Positions 39,966 through 53,791 of a stretch of DNA of 64,000 bases are shown here, piece after piece (position 1 is the stretch's first letter; each line of letters opens with the position of its first letter). A model generated the notes under the pieces. The model ran no database searches. It saw only the letters and a program-made list of their open reading frames with translations, and had not been told where the DNA came from. The stretch is from Lama guanicoe. Its lineage: Eukaryota. The position numbers and the translations under genes were made by a program. Location: assembly GCA_013239625.1 (NCBI GenBank), contig MU054323.1:4628214-4692213 (forward strand), given 5' to 3'.

Positions 39966-40368
39966 TAAGGTGATTCAGAGCTATTGCGAGTCCCAAATGC
40001 CCCTTACCCATCAGTCATTTTGGCCTCTGAGTGTATTTTTTTTCTTATCTATCCCCTTTAATTCATTTTCAGGAATTTATGTATTTTATGTGTCTATTTT
40101 GTCAACATTAACCTTAAAATCTCAATCATAGTATTTTGTGGCGGGAATAGGAAAAGTCGCTCAATTTGATAGTGGTTAGCCCTCAATTCCTAAATCACAG
40201 CAGTGCTTACAGGAAATGGCGTTGGCTCCTATAGCCTTGCTGTTTGTATTTTTTCATGAAAGAGGTAGCTTCAGCATGGCCTTTCCTCTGTTACCAAGAA
40301 TAAAAGCCCAGCTTTACCAAGGTACATCAAGACTGACTTGCCACTGATCCATCTCTGTGGCATTTGTA

Positions 40369-40399
<31 letters not shown>

Positions 40400-40999
40400 A
40401 AATCTTGGGTAAGACCATAACAATTACATTCATGCCAACTTTCCCAATGAAAGCAAACATATGCTTTCTTCATTTAAATGGCAGGATGGTAAACACAGAC
40501 AAAACACATTAGTTACCATTAGCAACTGTATCTAAATTAGCAAATTTAGGTTATACTTGAAAAAAATGATATATATTTGTCATTTCTTACTAATCATTTT
40601 CCCAGCATGAAGTCTCAATGCAGCTTGATGGAAAGATCTAAAAATACATATTTTTGCATAAAAATCAGTTGAAGTGAATTAGCTGTAAGATGAGAACTCT
40701 TAAAAGAGGGCTGATAATAAAACAAAAGTATAGTTTAATTCTGCTTCCACAAAGATGTCATTTTCTATACTATAAAGTCTTGAAGATGATGATCATAAAC
40801 CCCACTGAACTTAGATTCCTTTAATTTTACTTTGATACATTATTTTTACTTTAACTATTGTATTATGGTCTTTGACCTATAGATTATGAAAAAGATTCAG
40901 CTCTTTGGGTCAGCATTTGCAGAGAGATTTCAGTCTAATGTTGACAATTCATTATATTTGATGTCCCATTCTCTCATACGTCACTACAAATGAATAGCG

Positions 41000-41115
41000 C
41001 TTTAATATATATTTTTATTAATATATATAAATTATATATAGTTAATTATAAATTATATAAAATTAATTATAAAGTTAATTATAAAATACAGTTAAATATA
41101 ATTAATTATAAAGTT
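41000..41115. repeat. AT-rich low-complexity/minisatellite-like tract (ttaattataaa units)
   Basis: Repeated ttaattataaa / attatataaa units are directly visible. Confidence 0.8.
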
Positions 41116-42867
41116 GAGGACTGTATGCTTAAGTTACAGGTTTACTTGTGGCACATTCTTTTTCCCAAAATGTGACATTACTTTTTATCTGTAATTAATA
41201 TAAGTAATTTGATAACTAAATCTTTATCAAGATGTGTTCTGTTATCTTAAAGGAGACAAACATGAGATTTCTAATTGGAGGTAGACCTCTTTTGCAATGC
41301 TATTCTTAGAAAGAGTAGATAAAAGGTAGAAGATGAATGATGTTTGAGGTAAAAAGTGAATAGCTTATTTGCCTTCATACTTCGATGCACGGCTCTTCAT
41401 GGCTGGACACTGATCTAGCCATGGGGATGCAGATTACCCTAGAACTTTGCCATCAGCATAATGCTGGCCTTTGATACTTTCTTTGGGTCATTATTCTTAT
41501 TAGCGTGGCATATGTAGCAAAAAAAAATTACAGCTGAGCTTTATTTCTGCTTCAAAATTGAGGTCAGAGAGCATGAATCCCTGAATGCACTGTTAGCAAA
41601 TCTTTGTGTAATTTAATGGGATTGTCAACAGCACTTTGCACTAAGTAGTTGACTGTGGAAAATAATGCTCAGAATTCTGACTTTCTTAACTCGCATAAGA
41701 TGATCCTGTCAGAAAAACCGTACTACATCATGACAAAATTGATCCTTCTGATTAGGTTTTTCCAGAATTTGGGAAACATCATCTTAGGCGAGGCACATAT
41801 GTAAAACTAGATGCGTTCAAGGAGATAAAGAATCCAGCATCTCTTGAGCATCTGCTCTGTGGCATGCATTGATCCAGTTGGTTGCACCAGCAGTAAATAT
41901 TTATCGGGCATGGAGCAATTCATTTTTGTTGACCCTCCCATTGCTATGTTATCAACATTTCACTATCAATTAACGTGATGGCACAATATCCAAAAGCAAA
42001 GTTATTTCAGTTTCAAGGAGGGAGTTGTGAGAAAGGAGATCATTAAAATAAGGCACAAACCAGAGCCAAGGAACTTGGCAGGATAGTGAATTCTGTCTGT
42101 TTGTCTTCTGGGAAACACTTTTCTATGCTTGTGAACCAATATGGAGCAATACCCCAGTGTTTTTCACACTCCACGATGCTCCATTTGTGCTCTATTTCCC
42201 TGTGAGGAAAGTGAACCAGGGAAGTTTGTTTCTTCTTAGGTTACATGACCTGCCACGATGACTCAGTAAAACTACCCCTTCCATCCCGGCCACCGTGCAC
42301 TGCAAAGGTGACGTGACCTGGGCAAGCAGGATGTGGTATCAGCCTCTGAGGCATCTGGGATTGAATTCTACTCAGTAAGTATCCTCTAAGTTGGCCTGTG
42401 AAAACCCAGCTCCAATCAGTTCCTCTCTTGGTGGAAATATTACTTCTAGATGAACAAGGAGGAAGCAGAATGATTGTCAGGGGGACGGTGATGCTGAATT
42501 TCTGTTCTAGCCTCAGTCTTGAGAGCACTGAGGACTGAGTACTTGAAGCCCTGCTGACAGTTTTACACTAAATATCTGCACTACACTGCATATACTGTGA
42601 ATCAGTGCAGCACACCCCTGTCCTGTAAAGACATCTATGAAGTTTTTGCAATATAAGGATAGTCGATGGATTTGCCACTTTGCTGCATGTACCTTTTTCT
42701 AGACACCCTTATGCAATGTTTATATAGTACATTCAACTTAATGAAGTAAATATCAAAATGAACTCAGTAAATTGAGTATGTATTTTAGCAAGAAGCAATT
42801 TATCTTTAGAGTTACATAATATTAAAAAAAAAAAACCTCTTTAAATTTGATGGAGCATGTGCCACAT

Positions 42868-42945
42868 CTTCCATTTTTTGCAGATGAAGAAACTGAAGTA
42901 TCAGAGATGGCTGATGACTGTCCCAAAGTCACACAGCTATTACGG
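42868..42945 (-). mobile_element. MIR core
   Basis: ccattttttgcagatgaagaaactgaagtatcagaga...cccaaagtcacacagcta. Confidence 0.8.
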
Positions 42946-43549
42946 ATAGGTATCATGTATCAGAATATGCTTTTCTCATTTCCATGAAATCAGTCACCGA
43001 TGTGTAGGGCCCTTGACGCTTTTCTTGGCCCTCTGACTTTGCTGTAGTGTGGTCTGAACCTGCTCGAGTTGTTCCTGGTATACACGTTGTTGGTGATGGC
43101 ACACAGTCTCTGCTCTGCAGGTCTTTTAACCAACTCATACGAACTCATTTCTGAGCCAAATAGCGCTAATCTGCCACAGGTGGGGAGGGGGAGTGTGCGT
43201 GTGTTGAGGGGTGGTTTATAGAGGCAAGGATGCAAATTAGTCATTTGAGGAACTGTCCAAATGCTGACATTCACATTTTAGAGTGCATACGGAACAGAAA
43301 GGACTTAATTATGGAACTAGTCATTTCACATGATTCAGGAAACTAGGAACATGCCTGCCCTCAAGCACCGAGAGAAAAATGAGTCCGGGAGGCGGAGTGT
43401 ATTTCCAAAGTGTCTACAGGTAGCAAATTGAGACAAGGGAGAAATAAAGAGAAGGTACATCTTGGGTAACAAGAAGAGGTCTGACACAGCCCTTTAAAAG
43501 ACAGTGCACATGAACATCCTGGACCCGAAACTGAGGGATGCTCAAGGAA

Positions 43550-44660
43550 TCATGAGGCATGTCAAAGGACATGGGAGCCGGCTTGCAGAGACTTGCAGTG
43601 ATCAAATCTGGGATAATTTGGACCTCAAAATAAATAATGATAGCAATGGTTTATAATCTAGTGAATAAAACAAGAATTCATGCGTCCATAAAGTAATATA
43701 AATACATACATACATACATAAACGAAGAAGGCAAAAGTCTTCCTTTCAGTGAGGTGCTACCTAATGGTTATAGGAGAAGTGATGGAGTTAGAAAATTAGT
43801 AATGGATGCTAAAATTAGCAGGTGGCTGTTTAATGAGACATAGAGTGGTTACATCATCTCAACCACAGATTACTTAGTGTAGCTTCATAAATTACATTAA
43901 TTACACAGGCAAAATAGTAATCTAATAGTGAAGGACAGCAATTTACCAAGTGATTCAAAGTTAATATCACCGATATAACAGAACCGGGATGAATCAATCG
44001 TGTGCCTCTTGCTCTGACCCACTGAGACATAAAATCGCATATGGTATTCTTCTGCTAAAATGTGTAACCTGAATGTAAAGAGGATCGAATGTCGGACAAA
44101 CTAAAACCAAGGGAAGTGCTACAAAATAACCAGCATGTGCTCTTCAAAATTTCCCAGATCAAGAAAGATAAAAAGTGAAAAGGCTGAGTAACTGTTTCAG
44201 ATTAAAAGAGAACAAAGGGGCAAGACAGCTAAAATCCACCTAGGGTTCTGAATCCGTCCGTGAACTTGGAAAAAAATAATTGTAAGGAAATTAATGGGAA
44301 AATTGATGGTATTGAAATGTGGACTGTGCATTAGATAGTATTACCTCAATTCTTAATTTTCTGATGCTGATACCTGTGCTATGATTATTTAAGACTGTGT
44401 CCTTGTTCTTAGAAAATACACACTGAAGTATTTGAGGGGAAATGGACGTGATGTCTTGAACTTACTCTCAAATGAGTCAGAAACAAGTAATACGCATACA
44501 CGCATGTAATATATGGGAGAGAGGAAGAGAAAGAATGATAAAATATATGGGTCAGAATCTACATGGCTGTGTCATCTGAGTGAAGGTTATACATAGTTTC
44601 CTTCTGCTATTCTTGCAGCTTTTCTGTAAGCTTGAAATTGTATCAAAATTAAAAATGACC
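43550..44660 (+). mobile_element. L1MC-like 3' UTR
   Basis: aaatctgggataatttggacctcaaaataaataatgatagcaatgg...aaagttaatatcacc...ttccagatcaagaaag...ccttgttcttagaaaatacacactgaagtattt...ttctgtaagcttgaaatt. Confidence 0.85.
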
Positions 44661-44884
44661 AAAATTAGGCACAGTATGTTTCTGACTAGATTCCATCAGA
44701 AAAAGGCATGAAAAACTCCAACTAAGCTAAAGAGTTAAAGCACCACCGAAAGCAAATAAGACAGTGAACCAAGGGCTGTGCAAACCTTGTTCCGTTCAAG
44801 CAGGCTGACAGCGAAGTTTAAGACGAGCACAGCTTACAATCACCATGTTCACCATGTTCATGCCCCAATAACAGGACTCATCAC

Positions 44885-45030
44885 AGCATATTTTCTTCAG
44901 TTGTAAAAACCGGATCGCAATAACTAACTTGCAAGGGCTTTTTGTTAGGTTGTTGAAAATAATGGATATGCAGCCACCGGGGTTGTGCATGACACATAGA
45001 AAACGCTCAGTAAATAGTGCCCACTTAATA
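44885..45030 (+). mobile_element. MIR 3' half
   Basis: ttcttcagttgtaaaaac...gttgttgaaaataa...atgacacatagaaaacgctcagtaaatagt. Confidence 0.6.
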
Positions 45031-46254
45031 TCCACCACCACTGGCTGTCCCATAGTTTCTTCTGATGCTGTGTGTAAAATTCCCCTCATTCCGTCTCAAG
45101 GATAGGCAGCCTCGAGCCCATGGAAGTTCATTTCTGGGGCCTAGGCTACCGTTTCATGACCCATAAGAAATATCTCCCATCATAACCCTGAAGGGAAGAA
45201 ACGTAACACTTGAGAATTAGGATAATAATGAACACTTTTCTTTGCATTTCAGAATTATTCAAATGTATAGTCAATGGATCCCAGTGGAAGCATATTTCTC
45301 TCTCTAATTTCTGCCTGAAGACTTTGTTCCACGTTTCTCCCTTAGAACAAACATGGGAAAGTGTTCTGGGAGAAGGAGTATTTTAGTGAATCAATAAATA
45401 GGATGTTTTCTTTAAAAGGACTACAAATTCTTTCCATGTTTTTTTTCCTTAGAAACATGGGTGCACATGTTTAGAATCTAATCAGCCAAATTAATAGACT
45501 CCAGTGGCAAGGAAATAAATTGAGAACTAGGATTTTGGCATTTTTATATTACTTCCATAATGGGTACTTCTATTGCTTGGTGGTATTTTAATTTTATTTC
45601 TCCAAAAGCAGTGAGCACTAGCATTGTGCTAAAAACTAAGGGGGCACCTCAAGAAGTAGAAGAACACTCTTTACCCCAAATTATGCTATGCATAAGATAC
45701 ATCATGTGTTTATAAATCATAAAAAAATGCAATGTGATTAAAAAAAGCAAAATGGGTGACTCATAATATATTATGTAGGAGATGCGAAATTTGAGTGAGC
45801 CAAATGGGGCAATCAACAGAATTCAGGAATCTTAGTGGAAAGGGAAGGGGTGATGATTAAAGATTTCTGATGTGTACTGTATTAGTTTCATTTCCAGGCT
45901 CCTGCGTAGTTACATTTAAGTAACTTCCAGTTGTTCTGAGCATTGAAATACTATCTGTACTAATCAAATGATTCGTTCAGACAGTCAGGGCATAAATTTA
46001 TTAAGGGTTACTTATCTCTGGGTTGTGAGCACGTTGGCAAGCCTGGTGTTCCCTAAACGTCAGCATTTAAAATGATGCACAGAAATGCCCCTTCCCTTTG
46101 TGGAGCTGCCTGGTAGAATTTGCCACTTATATCCAATCAGTTCCAACCACTAGTCAATCAAGTAGTAAGCATGGGAGAAGTAAAACTCAATCATGCATTT
46201 AATAAATATTTGCTGAATCAAATTAGCAGTCTTAGGGAATGCAGAATGTCACAC

Positions 46255-46420
46255 AGAAGCAGAACTGGGTTTCTAGCCAGATAAAAATGGAGTTTCAGTT
46301 CTAAGTCTCCCACTTTCAAAAGATGTGACCTTGTTTTTTCATCTGTAAAATGGGAGCAGTAATGCTTCCAGAACTAATCTCACAGAACTGTTATGAAGGT
46401 GAAATTAAATGCATATAAAC
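46255..46420 (+). mobile_element. MIR fragment
   Basis: tgtgaccttg...ttcatctgtaaaatgggagcagtaatg...ctcacagaactgttatgaagg. Confidence 0.7.
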
Positions 46421-47687
46421 TTATTTTCTACATTATACATCTGTGTGTCAGAATAATTTCTCTTCTTAGTAAAACCATATTAGTCATGCTTTGCATTATT
46501 AAATCATTGCTTATTTTATATCCTTGATATATATATAGTTTTGGGTGGCCTGACATTGGTGACTAATACAAAAGTGGGAAGAAGACATAAAGGGAGCAAT
46601 ACAGCTATTTTTCAGAAAATGGATAGACTTACTTCCGACTCCTCGCAGAGTGTCAATTGAGGCTGAGGGCAGGAGAGACCACGGAGGAAAGAGTTTCGAA
46701 GTATAAGATGTCCTGGAGTGATGCTCTTATTGCTCATAAAGCTAAAATCTCCTCCAATAAAAAAACTATCTCTGCAAAGGCTTTGTCTGCCGAATGTTGT
46801 AGTGGCTACTGCCGCTTGGGTCAAGTGAAGCCAGTTGTGGTATTCTGGTTATTATTGCCTGAGCCAAGTCACGTGTGTTTGGACTAGTGACAAAAAAAAA
46901 AAAAAAAAGACTTAATTTCTCTTAAATAAAAGACTAGTACAATGTTAGCTCAAAGATGGTAGGGTATTAAAAAAAAAACCCAGTGGAACCCTAGTACCTA
47001 GGAAAGTGTTGGATACATACTAAGTTGTTGCAATATGCCAAAAAAAAAAATGTTCTGGTGAAAAATTCTGCTCGAGGAGAGATCTATATCGGAGAGTGAC
47101 TGACCCATAAGGATACCATCTATTGGAGGGTGTGAATGTTGGAGTCCATGACAAACCACTCACTACCACTCACTCACTACAACCAGTACCATTTCTTAGT
47201 TGGTGATCTTGGTTGGTGATTTTTTTTTAACTGCAGAGATATAATCTTATACTTAAACACTAAGGAGATATAAACTGTTCCTTTGTATCCATGGAGGAAC
47301 TCCCTAACTAATGTAACTCTGGACTATTTTATTCTTGCAAACTTCAAGAGCTCAGTTATTACCAAGAAGAAAACAAGCCTCCCCTTGGGTACCCAGTATA
47401 AAGATATTATTTTGTTCTACCTAAAGCCAGGAAGCCTTTCCATCCTTTCCTGCAATTGCAGCAGAAAGCATTTTGTGGAAACCCATGTACAAGCAGTTTG
47501 GGGAGGGCACTGGCAGAATGTCTACACTGGAATGTCAGGCCCTGACTGAACGTTCTCTTTCCTACACAGCGGTAAATGATACCAGAAATGGCCAGAACAA
47601 TAGAAATAATGCCAGCCAGTTCTCTTGCGGAAACCAACGTATCTGCACGTTAAATGCCGAGTTCTGTATTACGATGCTCTGTGACAA

Positions 47688-47743
47688 AAGAAGAAGGAGC
47701 AAGTGGAGGAAGAAGAGGAGGAGAAGAGGAAGAGGAAGGAGGA
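47688..47743. repeat. (GAA/GGA)-rich purine tract
   Basis: aagaagaaggagcaagtggaggaagaagaggaggagaagaggaagaggaaggagga. Confidence 0.85.
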
Positions 47744-48361
47744 CAATGACTCTCACATAAATAAATGACCTTCTGACTGGAGAATTACAGAATCAGGACT
47801 AGGACACAGGAGCAGAATTCATACCTAAGCCCCTTCATTACAGAGCATTAGCATTACAGTTAATGCAAGAATCACAGTGCAGTTATTCCTGGACATCACT
47901 TGGCATTTGAAAGGGTCTGTATACTCCCAACTTACCTGTTTGGCTAACAGTATACAATTCACATTCAGCAGTGTGTGCTCAATCACTTCCCACTAAAGCT
48001 TTGTCGTCTTACTGTTGACATTTTAGTTCTAATTTAAGGAGAGGCATAAGACCGAGTGTACCCAACCAACACCTTTATTTATCCAGCCCTGCAAACACTG
48101 AGCAGCCCAGGCGTCTGTTCCCTCTAGAACTGGCATCCCTTTAGTGGCATCCAGACTGGGCGTCCTCTTGTTTGAGTGGGCGGGACAGTTTTCCGCAGAC
48201 ACACTATGTCCACGTGCTTTCCCTCCTCTCTACTATCACAGTCTGCTCATCTTCCAAGTTCCCACTCACACCTCACTGTCTCCTCCAGGCTTTCCCCAGT
48301 TACTCTGCAACACGTAACCATTTCATGCACTGAAATCCCATAGGCTTGGTGGTCTACAATT

Positions 48362-48383
48362 TGTGTGTGTGTGTGTGTGTGTG
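48362..48383. repeat. (TG)n microsatellite
   Basis: About 11 consecutive TG units. Confidence 0.95.
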
Positions 48384-48889
48384 GTTGTTATGTTAAAAGA
48401 ATTTCTATTACTATTAGCCTGTTGTATTTTGTATTGGTCTCCTTGAAGAAAAAGGGTCATTCGTGGGGTGGGGGAAGGGAAGACATCCCTCATTTAGTTT
48501 TTAACCAAAGCAGGACCTCGGAAGGAAGTCACTAGAGGACTGTAAAGAGATAGTGCCAGACTATTTAACTGGCACTATGTTTAGGAAAATGTGGAAGAGG
48601 AATAGCCAAGAGATCAAGCAGTTTTCCTTCTGAAATCACAACCAGGATCTGGTGCAAAAGATCGGCCTTTAAAACTACTGGTTCAGCAGTTGGAATCGAA
48701 GGAGCCTTCTCGGGAGCAGGAGGAGAGTCACTCAACCTCATGTGACCAAGATTGAGAGCGTGGTGGTTCTCTCTCTCTGAACCAAAGAGATGAAATGGCA
48801 GATATGAGCACGACGCTCACTTGTGCCTCACTTGGTCATAGCTGCTGCACATTGGAGAACTTTCTGTGAATCTATGAAGAGTCAGTATA

Positions 48890-49088
48890 CAGTCATCCCT
48901 TGTTATTCATCATGGATTGGTTCCAGGAACACTTGCAGTACTAAAATCCTTGGGTGCTCAAGGATTTGGGCCCTATATGTATCTGGCCCTCCACATCTGT
49001 GTGTTTTACATCTGTAGATTCAACCACACTTCAATCTGTGGTTGGCTGAATCCCCAGAGCAAAACCCATGGACGGGGAGGGCCGACTG
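48890..49088. mobile_element. Tigger2/MER2-family MITE with TIRs and TA target duplication
   Basis: TA|cagtcatccct...ggattggttccagga...agggccgactg|TA; terminal inverted repeats cagtcatccct / cagtcggccct. Confidence 0.85.
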
Positions 49089-50509
49089 TAATAGTTTATT
49101 CTACATGAGCTGTTTCAACCACACAGGGACTTAATGGTCATATCTAGAAATAATCAGTTTAAAATATTAGCACAGATGAGCAGAGTTGCCAGGCTGTGGT
49201 TCTAGGGGAACACCTGTTGAGCTACTCTTGTTGGAGTAAAGCTGCTAACGTTGAGATGTTGAGTAAACCTGAAGTCGAAGAGAATATTATGTAAAGAATG
49301 ATCACTCCAAGGTAATTAAATTCATGCTTCTTTCTTCTTATTATATTGAATGGCTAGGTTCTGGACTAAAGGATATCCCTCATGCTGAAGAATTTAACCC
49401 AGACCCATTTAGTTTGCTATTTTGATATGGATACACATTAGAAATAAACCTGAAAATCCAGCGGGGCTCATAAGCATTTCAGGATGCTGTCTTACATTTT
49501 ATTTATATTATTCTAAATTATTAGGCACCCACTGTGCCAAGCTGTTTAACTGCAAAAAAGAAAAGGAAAAAAAAAAGTGAAACTGACTTTTTCCTGAGGG
49601 TTTTTTTTCCTACCCATGTTCCTATTAGATAGAGTATGTGGTACTTGCAAAAAATAACAACTAATTATGTGGTCTCCGTTATAAATTTCCTACCACTATT
49701 TCAGATGAATATCCCTTGTTATCTTCAAAAGGTTATACAGCATTTGAAATTCAAAAGGAAGGTGTTACCCGCTATCTTGCATAAATCTCTAACAATTGCA
49801 AATGGAATATATTATCGGCAGATCCGATTGCTTATATCCAATCTTGCCTTGTCCCAGCATTTGTAAAGGTAAATGCATAGTAACGTGATTCTTCTTTTCT
49901 TGGAATTCAAAATTGTGCATATAAATGAGCGTATCCATGTTGTGCAATTCCTCACAGATTGTCTTTTCCCATTACTGCTCTCAGATGAGTACATACCACT
50001 GAATGGTGAGAGGGGCTGAAAACCTTTATTAACTCTAACTGGAACGTAACAGTGTATTTTTTCTAAATTCAAGTAGAGGAAAACAAACTTCAGCTTTATT
50101 CCCACTGTTCAGCACAAGGCTTACAGATACACGCAATCCTTGTCCGAATGCTCTTAGATTCTGTAAGGTCACTGTGTTCATTGTCTATTATGAGATTTTA
50201 TACTGAAATTTCTATGTTTCAAGTTTTCCAGAGTGCAAATCCGTTTGGACTCTAATTTGCACACTCTTAACAATACAGATTAGTGGGCTGGAATTACTTA
50301 AGTCAATCTAGTAAACATTTTTTGGGGACCCCTACTCTTTCCCGTCACTACACTAGGTTCTGGGGGGACAAGAAGTCAAGCAGAGCCCTATCCCTGTCAA
50401 GCTCACAGCTGAGTTAGAAAGAGAACGAATAACATTAAAAATGAATACCCATTGAGTTGCAACAAGTGTATTTGAAAGGGGAATTGGACAATTTCAGTGT
50501 TAAGTCTGA

Positions 50510-50670
50510 TTTATAATCAGAATCACCTGGAAATATTTAAAAGACTAAAGATGACTATCCGCATTCCAGATTTACCAATCCAGACTATCTTGGAGTATTA
50601 CTCACAGATGTGTACCTTTAAAATGCTCCCTGCATCATAATGCTGATCGGTTTGGGAAAACCAGACCAGA
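50510..50670. mobile_element. MER5-like hAT fragment
   Basis: atcagaatcacctggaaat...ccagatttaccaatccagactatcttggag...aaatgctccctgca...ggtttgggaaaac. Confidence 0.6.
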
Positions 50671-50860
50671 TGACCTTTATTATCCTCTGAAAGCCTAGGA
50701 GCCTAGGATTCTATAATTGAATCTGAGAAGCTGAAAATGAAGAAACAATATGGGGACCAAAAGTGTATACATATTCAGGCTCATCGTGAATGAAATAGTA
50801 AGTATTTTTCCCAACTCATTTTCAACCAAGTCAATGAAAATCTGTTTCAGTAATATGCCT

Positions 50861-50880
50861 GTTACCACAAGAGGGCACCC
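50861..50880 (+). promoter_or_regulatory. Candidate CTCF binding site
   Basis: gttaCCACAAGAGGGCACcc closely fits the CTCF core consensus CCASYAGRKGGCRS; motif only, no binding data. Confidence 0.5.
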
Positions 50881-52759
50881 TGGAAAAAAAACAAAAACAA
50901 AAACAACTCAATCAAAATCTTACAAAGCTTGATCTATTTAGAACCACCTCAACGACGTACTTATTCACTGCAGAACACACTTGCTGTGCATCCTGAGCAG
51001 TTCTTGAACCCTATCTAAAGGGCTTTATGCTAAATTACCAAGAAGACCTGTTATTTAAGCATAAAGCCAAAAGATCATTGTTAGAATATATGGTAACCTA
51101 TAATGTATGGTAAACAGTGCAGACATCGTCTTTTTAGTCATCTTCATTTTCTGATTTTTTTCTTATAAAATGAGTTTATACATAGCTCATCTATTTTCTT
51201 TACATTTCTAACCTTGCACACTCTAAGGCTTAACCAGTGTATAGACAGGACCTAAACAGGGTATTAAATTACTAACATCGCCCTCAGTGACCTTGCTGAG
51301 GAACCAATAAGGCCATTGAGAGCAGAGTTAATATTGGTAAGTATTCAGATCTGGCCCCTGTCCCTGATTCTGTGGGACATCTGTCCAGAGTTTAATCTAC
51401 TGAAAGTACAAAAGGGCAGGTCCTTTTAGGGGCTGGCTAGCTTGCCTCAGGGATGCTCCACAAACCAATCATGTAGGATCCAGAGTCAAAACAGTTTTTT
51501 CCCACCGTCCTCTTTCACTTGGCTGCTCTCCAATCACATTTTATTCAGAAGGAGTCCCTGAATCTGTGTTAGCTTCAGGACAACATTTAAACTCATGTTA
51601 CTGGAGGCACTGGATTTCTGCAGTCAGGGGTTTCCTTAGAGCTGCCCCAGTGATCCATTCTCATCTCCCCACTCTGACCCTGCCTATCTGAGAGGCAGCT
51701 CCTTATGCCCCACAGGCAGCAGTGAAGTGCCATTTTCTAGGTGGCAGGGTCTCCACACCTGAGGGCTACCCAGGTCCTTGTGGGTACCTTCCCTATCCCG
51801 TCCTTCCTCATAGACCTGACTGTAACTGTCAGACCTCACATCGCATTTTGATCAGTGGCACTGTGTTCCTTGGGTTGAAATGACAGTGGTGTGAGTTGGT
51901 GATTTGGGATTGGAATAATCTGAGTGGAGAAGAGCTAATTCACTGACCCTAGCTGCCCATTCCCCAAATCATGTGGTTACCTGGAGCAGAAGTGGCACTG
52001 ACATATTTACTGTAGCTAATTCTGATCTCATTTGTGGGAGCAAAGAAGATAATCCCCTGGCTTCTGAGAGCTCACATATCAGCCGACAGATTAAATATGA
52101 GAATTGTATTACCTGAGTGGGGAAAGAAGGTAACTGAACTGTACAAACTCATTTAGAAGGGTATGGATTCTGTGCTGCAATATATATTGATTGGCTATTG
52201 TGGGACTTAAAACCTTAATCTGTTTTGCTAACATAACGGCATGCAAAGCTGTTGGGCATATAATTTATTGCCTGTACACAGCACAGCACAGTGTAATGGC
52301 TCTGCCTAGCCCAATCTGACACGCGAGCCTTAAGCCCCGGTCTGGGTCAGGTTTCATGCAGAGTTTGGCAGGGGTTTTGCAGGTGAGTGGACCCCCCTCT
52401 GGCCCTCTAACTGCCCTTGAGGAGCTCAGAGGGAGCTGCGGAGAGAAGGTGTAAGTAGGGAGATCAGTGTGGACAGAGCGTGATGAGCTGCACTGTGTTC
52501 AGAAGGGCAGGGTAGCCAGGAGAAGCTCACGTTTCTTCAAGCTTCAGGGCTAAGACTTCTCTGACGGGGGATCGGGGTAAGGTGGGAGGCCAAAGGGGGA
52601 GGAGCTGTCTGGGCAGAGGTAGAGTATACACCTGAGGTCATTCTGTGGGAGACTAAGCAGCAACCACGTGTGATGTGACAGTCACAATGGCCAGCACACA
52701 TCACACTCTTTGTGGTTGTACGTTTCACACACATACACAAAAAATGCCGAAAGTCAAAA

Positions 52760-53143
52760 AGTCAGAAAGATTCCAGGGATCAGAGGGAGTCAAGGGGCCT
52801 TACTGGTTTCAAGACAGAGGAGACGATATGAGAAGAAATCTGGGTGACCTTAGGGATCCAAGACAGGCCCTAGGTGACAGCCAATGAGGGAATGGGGACC
52901 TTAGTCCTACAACCCCACAGAACTGCATTCTGCCAACAGCCAGAATGAGCCTAGAGGTGGGTTCTTCCCCAGAACCTCCAGCTTAGAGCTCCACCTTGCA
53001 AGTACTTTGATTCTGGACCTTTGAGACCCAAAGCAGAGAACTCAGTCAGGTTCTAACCTAGATAATTAGGAGATCATAAATGGGAATCGTTTAAAGCCGC
53101 TGGGTTGCTGGTAATTTGCTACACAGTAACGGAAAACTAACAC
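52760..53143 (+). mobile_element. MLT1D/E-like MaLR LTR (3' part)
   Basis: gacagccaatgagggaatggggaccttagtcctacaacc...cattctgccaacagccagaatgagc...tttaaagccgct...ggtaatttgctacacagtaacggaaaactaaca. Confidence 0.85.
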
Positions 53144-53791
53144 CCTACATGTGGGCATGTTGCGTTCTGACGAGATTTCCCGTTAGGTATTTTAACTTGT
53201 CAGTTCCTTCACAAGTACATTCTAAAATGACAATGCCATCTGAGGAGGAGTGATGCTGTCTTGTGCAAAGACAGATGATCTGCCTGTCTCTCCATCAGGA
53301 AAGCGCTTTGGCTGCTTCTGGGGTGCTGGGTGGGGGTGATTGCATGAATCCACCTGCCTTTCTTCATCCCGCCTAGATGGAGACTGGCCATTTGCCTACA
53401 GAGGGAGGCAGCGGCAGGAACTACAAGAGAAAATCCTGGCCAAAATGGCCTGACATTTAAACTCAGTTCTACATCGGAAACTGACTCTTTGGTATCGCTC
53501 AGCGAAATGTACTTTGAAAATTCTTAGTTTTCACATGTTGATATTTCCATATGACTCCAATACACTTGTGCCGCTCCCTCTAGGAGAACTGGTAATCTGC
53601 ACCATTTGCTTTTATTCAGCATATTTTTATTCTGTGGAATACTCGAAACGGTTTTGGGAGCCTGTGAGGACAGTTCCGTAAGTTTAATGCTTCCATAACA
53701 GACTTTCCAGATGGCCTAACCATTTAGGACAGGAAATGCAGATCCCCGCCGCAAGAATTTTTGGAAGTCCTACCGTTTTCTCAGGCTACGG

